Source of the DNA: Moniliella sp. 'wahieum'
Taxonomy: Eukaryota
Reading direction: 5' to 3'
Assembly: GCA_003971905.1 (NCBI GenBank)
Contig: RSEE01000101.1
Coordinates: 124,001-188,000, forward strand
DNA: 64,000 bases
Positions 61,422-64,000 of the stretch are shown piece by piece. The notes below the pieces were generated by a model. That model was not told where the DNA came from and did no database searches. It worked only from the letters and a program-made list of their open reading frames with translations. A program made the position numbers and the translations under genes. Within the stretch, counting starts at the first letter, position 1, and every line of letters starts with the position of its first letter.

Positions 61422-64000
61422 GGAGTAGTTGTCGTTGTTGCTGGAATGATGTTTTTGTAGCCGCCTTCCCGCCTTTTCGCGCCACCGGTTCGGGCGCGGC
61501 TTGTCCACTGCCGGACGCCTCTTTTCCACCACGATCGGAAGGAGGTCGCTTCCGTCAGAGTGTGGCAGAGATAGGGCGTGTGACCGGGCGTGGCGAGCTA
61601 TCGCACGACGTAAGTAGTCCACTTGCATTTGGTACGCCGCCTGGGCATGCTGGACCAACTTTACGTCGGCTTCGCGGTAGGCCAGCGCCAATCGGGTGCG
61701 CAAATGGTCAAAGTCACCTTTGGGGAACGTGTAGCGTTTCTGTATGTCGAGCTGGTGGATCAAGTGACGCATGATGGGCTCTGTCAGCTTCTCAGCTCGA
61801 CCGCCTTTGCCTTCCAACGGAAGTTTGCCATTGATCACGTCGGCTGTTACGGGCGGCATGGTCCGAACAAATTGCCGAAACATGCTCATTGCCTCGTCCA
61901 GACGTGAACTGCGCGCCAAGTTTTCAATCTGGAATCGCCACACGCTGAACGCCGAGGGGTCTCGCGAACTGGGAGTCTGAACAAAGCTTGACCACGCTTC
62001 ATCCAGCACTCGATCCACTTGGGGTCGCAGAGGGTCCGACTCGGGGTAAAACAGCCCGGTGCGGAACAACCACTCGTACGCGCGTGTATCGGGCTGGAGG
62101 CCGAACTGGGCATACACGTTCTCCTCGACCTTGGGACTGAACATGGCCGCATGCATCTTCCACAGTGCCTCCTCGGGCGCTCCGTGGGACATGATCACAC
62201 GCAAGTACGTCGCCAGCACATCCGCGTCCACCTTCACTCCGATCCAAGTGTCCAGCCTACCGGATTGGGCCATTCTTCTCACATCCCGCTTTCCCAGCGC
62301 CGAATCGAGGAGCGCACGAAAGAGCCCAGATACCTCTTGCAGCACACCAGCGCTCGTTTGCGGTAGCGTCTCACCCACCACCACATCGCCTCGTACCTCG
62401 GTGCTAGCCTCACGCTGCGCCGTACGCTGGGCATCGGCCATACGGGCTGCGTGAGAACCGCCTTGCTCTGGCACGCTGTCTCGCTCCTCTTCTGTGTTAG
62501 GCTTGGCGAGCATCAACCCGTGGGGTTGCTTTCCCTCCATTGGGATGGCAACGCCACGCGTTCCGCGTTCTGCCGATCGTGTCCATCCTCCCCGCCCTCG
62601 ACGGGGACCTGCTCGAGGGGCAGAGCGGAAAGGGGACGAGTATTCAAGTCCTCCGCCTGGGCTACCGCTACCGCTTCCTCTTGCTCCTCCTCCTCCTCCG
62701 ATAAACCCAGTTCCAACCGCCGGAGAGCTTCCCGCTCGCGCTCCATGGCCACCTGCCTTGCATCTTGCAGCAACGGTTGCAACGGAGGATGGTAGTGCGC
62801 ATAACAGTGAAGCAGGAACGTCACCGTCTTGGCATCTGGCAGACGCGCCACGGCATCAACTAAATTTTGGTCGGGGGATCGGGCCGTAGACGCCATGGCG
62901 GGATCGAGAAACTGATGGGCCACCCGAACCATCTCGTTTACCACCCACTTGCTTCGGGCCAGATCGCCCGTACCATCAAATGCTTCAAGGAGGTGGTTGA
63001 ACGTGGTACGGTCCGGGACCCATGACAGCCCCGTTTCTTTGATTGGATTGGTATCAACTAGGTGGCGGTACACTGCCAAGGCGTTCCGGCGATACCGCCG
63101 GTCCTTGGATAAAGCTCGGATTGTCGTATTGTAGGTGGGGAGCGATGGACGAAGGTGGTAGGTCCTCGTCATTTCGTAGAACAAACTCCATGCTCGTCGG
63201 GCTCCAGCACGGGCCGAGGTGGGAAGATGTTGCTCTGGGAACTTGCCCAGCGCACAGGCCAGGATCATCCGCGCGTACATGGGCTCGTCAGGGACCGCGT
63301 GGGCGACACGGCGCATTTGGTCGTAGAGCGACCAGGCTCGTTTTGTGCTGCGCACATCTTCCTTGGTCAACAATGTGACAATCACCGACGCATACGATCG
63401 CATCTCGGCCGGATGGGTATGTTCCAGCTGGGCTAACGTGGCGATTGCGCCGTCCAGATCACCCGACTTGATTTGCGCACGAACGAGCCAGTGCTTCATT
63501 GGCCCCGTCATCTCCACACCAGCTTCAAGGAAGGCGGGGGGAGGGAGGGAGGTCAGCATGCCAAGCAACTAGGAGCAGTGCCGGGCTGGGGGGAGGGGAC
63601 ACACTATTCACCACCTCACGGTACATTGCACGAAGGATATCGAGGGCGCCCTTGTTGGCAAGCAGACGTCCGAGTTCGTCGGCCAACGCTGTGCGGGCCG
63701 CAGTATATGTGCCAGCAGGGGAAGGGACTGGGGAAGGGGTGGGGATGCCCTGTGCGCCCATGTGAGGCGCCTGGGGCGAAGCGTGGGCTGTGTCCATCAT
63801 GTACGCCACCTGAACCAATGCGTTGATCCCGTCCGCATTGTTTTCCTCCAAAGCTAACACGGCCAACGCATGCAACTCGACGTCAGTAATGATATCGGAA
63901 ATTGGCACTAGTGCCTTGGCCCCGCGCTGGGCAGGCTCCGCTACCGTGTCCCGCAGACGGATGAGGAGAGATGATCACGTCGTTGGAGAGCGAGAGCGAG
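61407..64000 (-). CDS. Pentatricopeptide-repeat (PPR) protein, probably mitochondrial; 5' end beyond the window; frameshifted
   Basis: Repeated helical units of about 35 aa: PDEPMYARMILACA, PSLPTYNTTIRAL, PDRTTFNHLLEA, PDAKTVTFLLHCYA, PDTRAYEWL. Confidence 0.9.

Noticed and set aside
2320..64000. Functional cluster of mitochondrial genes (ICT1-like, SLS1-like, PHB1, carrier-like, PPR)
   Set aside because: They are dispersed among unrelated genes and the number is not obviously above background.

Overview
GC-rich fungal nuclear DNA with short spliceosomal introns (mostly GTACGT...YAG, CTRAC branch points); gene content and intergenic heptamer repeats suggest a basidiomycete, probably Ustilaginomycotina (inference). 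Conserved genes carry many 1-nt frameshifts, which points to an unpolished long-read consensus, so coordinates and reading frames are approximate. Recognisable genes: the 3' end of a Kin1/MARK kinase, an ICT1/Pth4-like GGQ hydrolase, a phospho-sugar mutase, a DHA2 MFS transporter, an S28 peptidase, a Myb/SANT-like protein, UXS1, TFB5, a PPX1-like exopolyphosphatase, a CBK1/NDR kinase, an SLS1-like protein, SMC4, peroxisomal Lon, PHB1, a Swi3/Rsc8-family subunit, a carrier-like membrane protein, an aldo-keto reductase and a PPR protein. A decayed Ty1/copia element with two LTR copies lies at 23-27 kb. No tRNA, rRNA or CRISPR array was seen. Best leads: (1) the four-intron phospho-sugar mutase reads like a gammaproteobacterial (Vibrio-type) enzyme and is a horizontal-transfer candidate; (2) a truncated LTR is fused at the apparent start codon of the PPX1-like gene, which sits between two LTR copies; (3) the Swi3/Rsc8 gene seems to keep a metazoan BAF155-type N-terminal module without the chromodomain; (4) intergenic DNA is full of 7-bp-period, often palindromic repeats.
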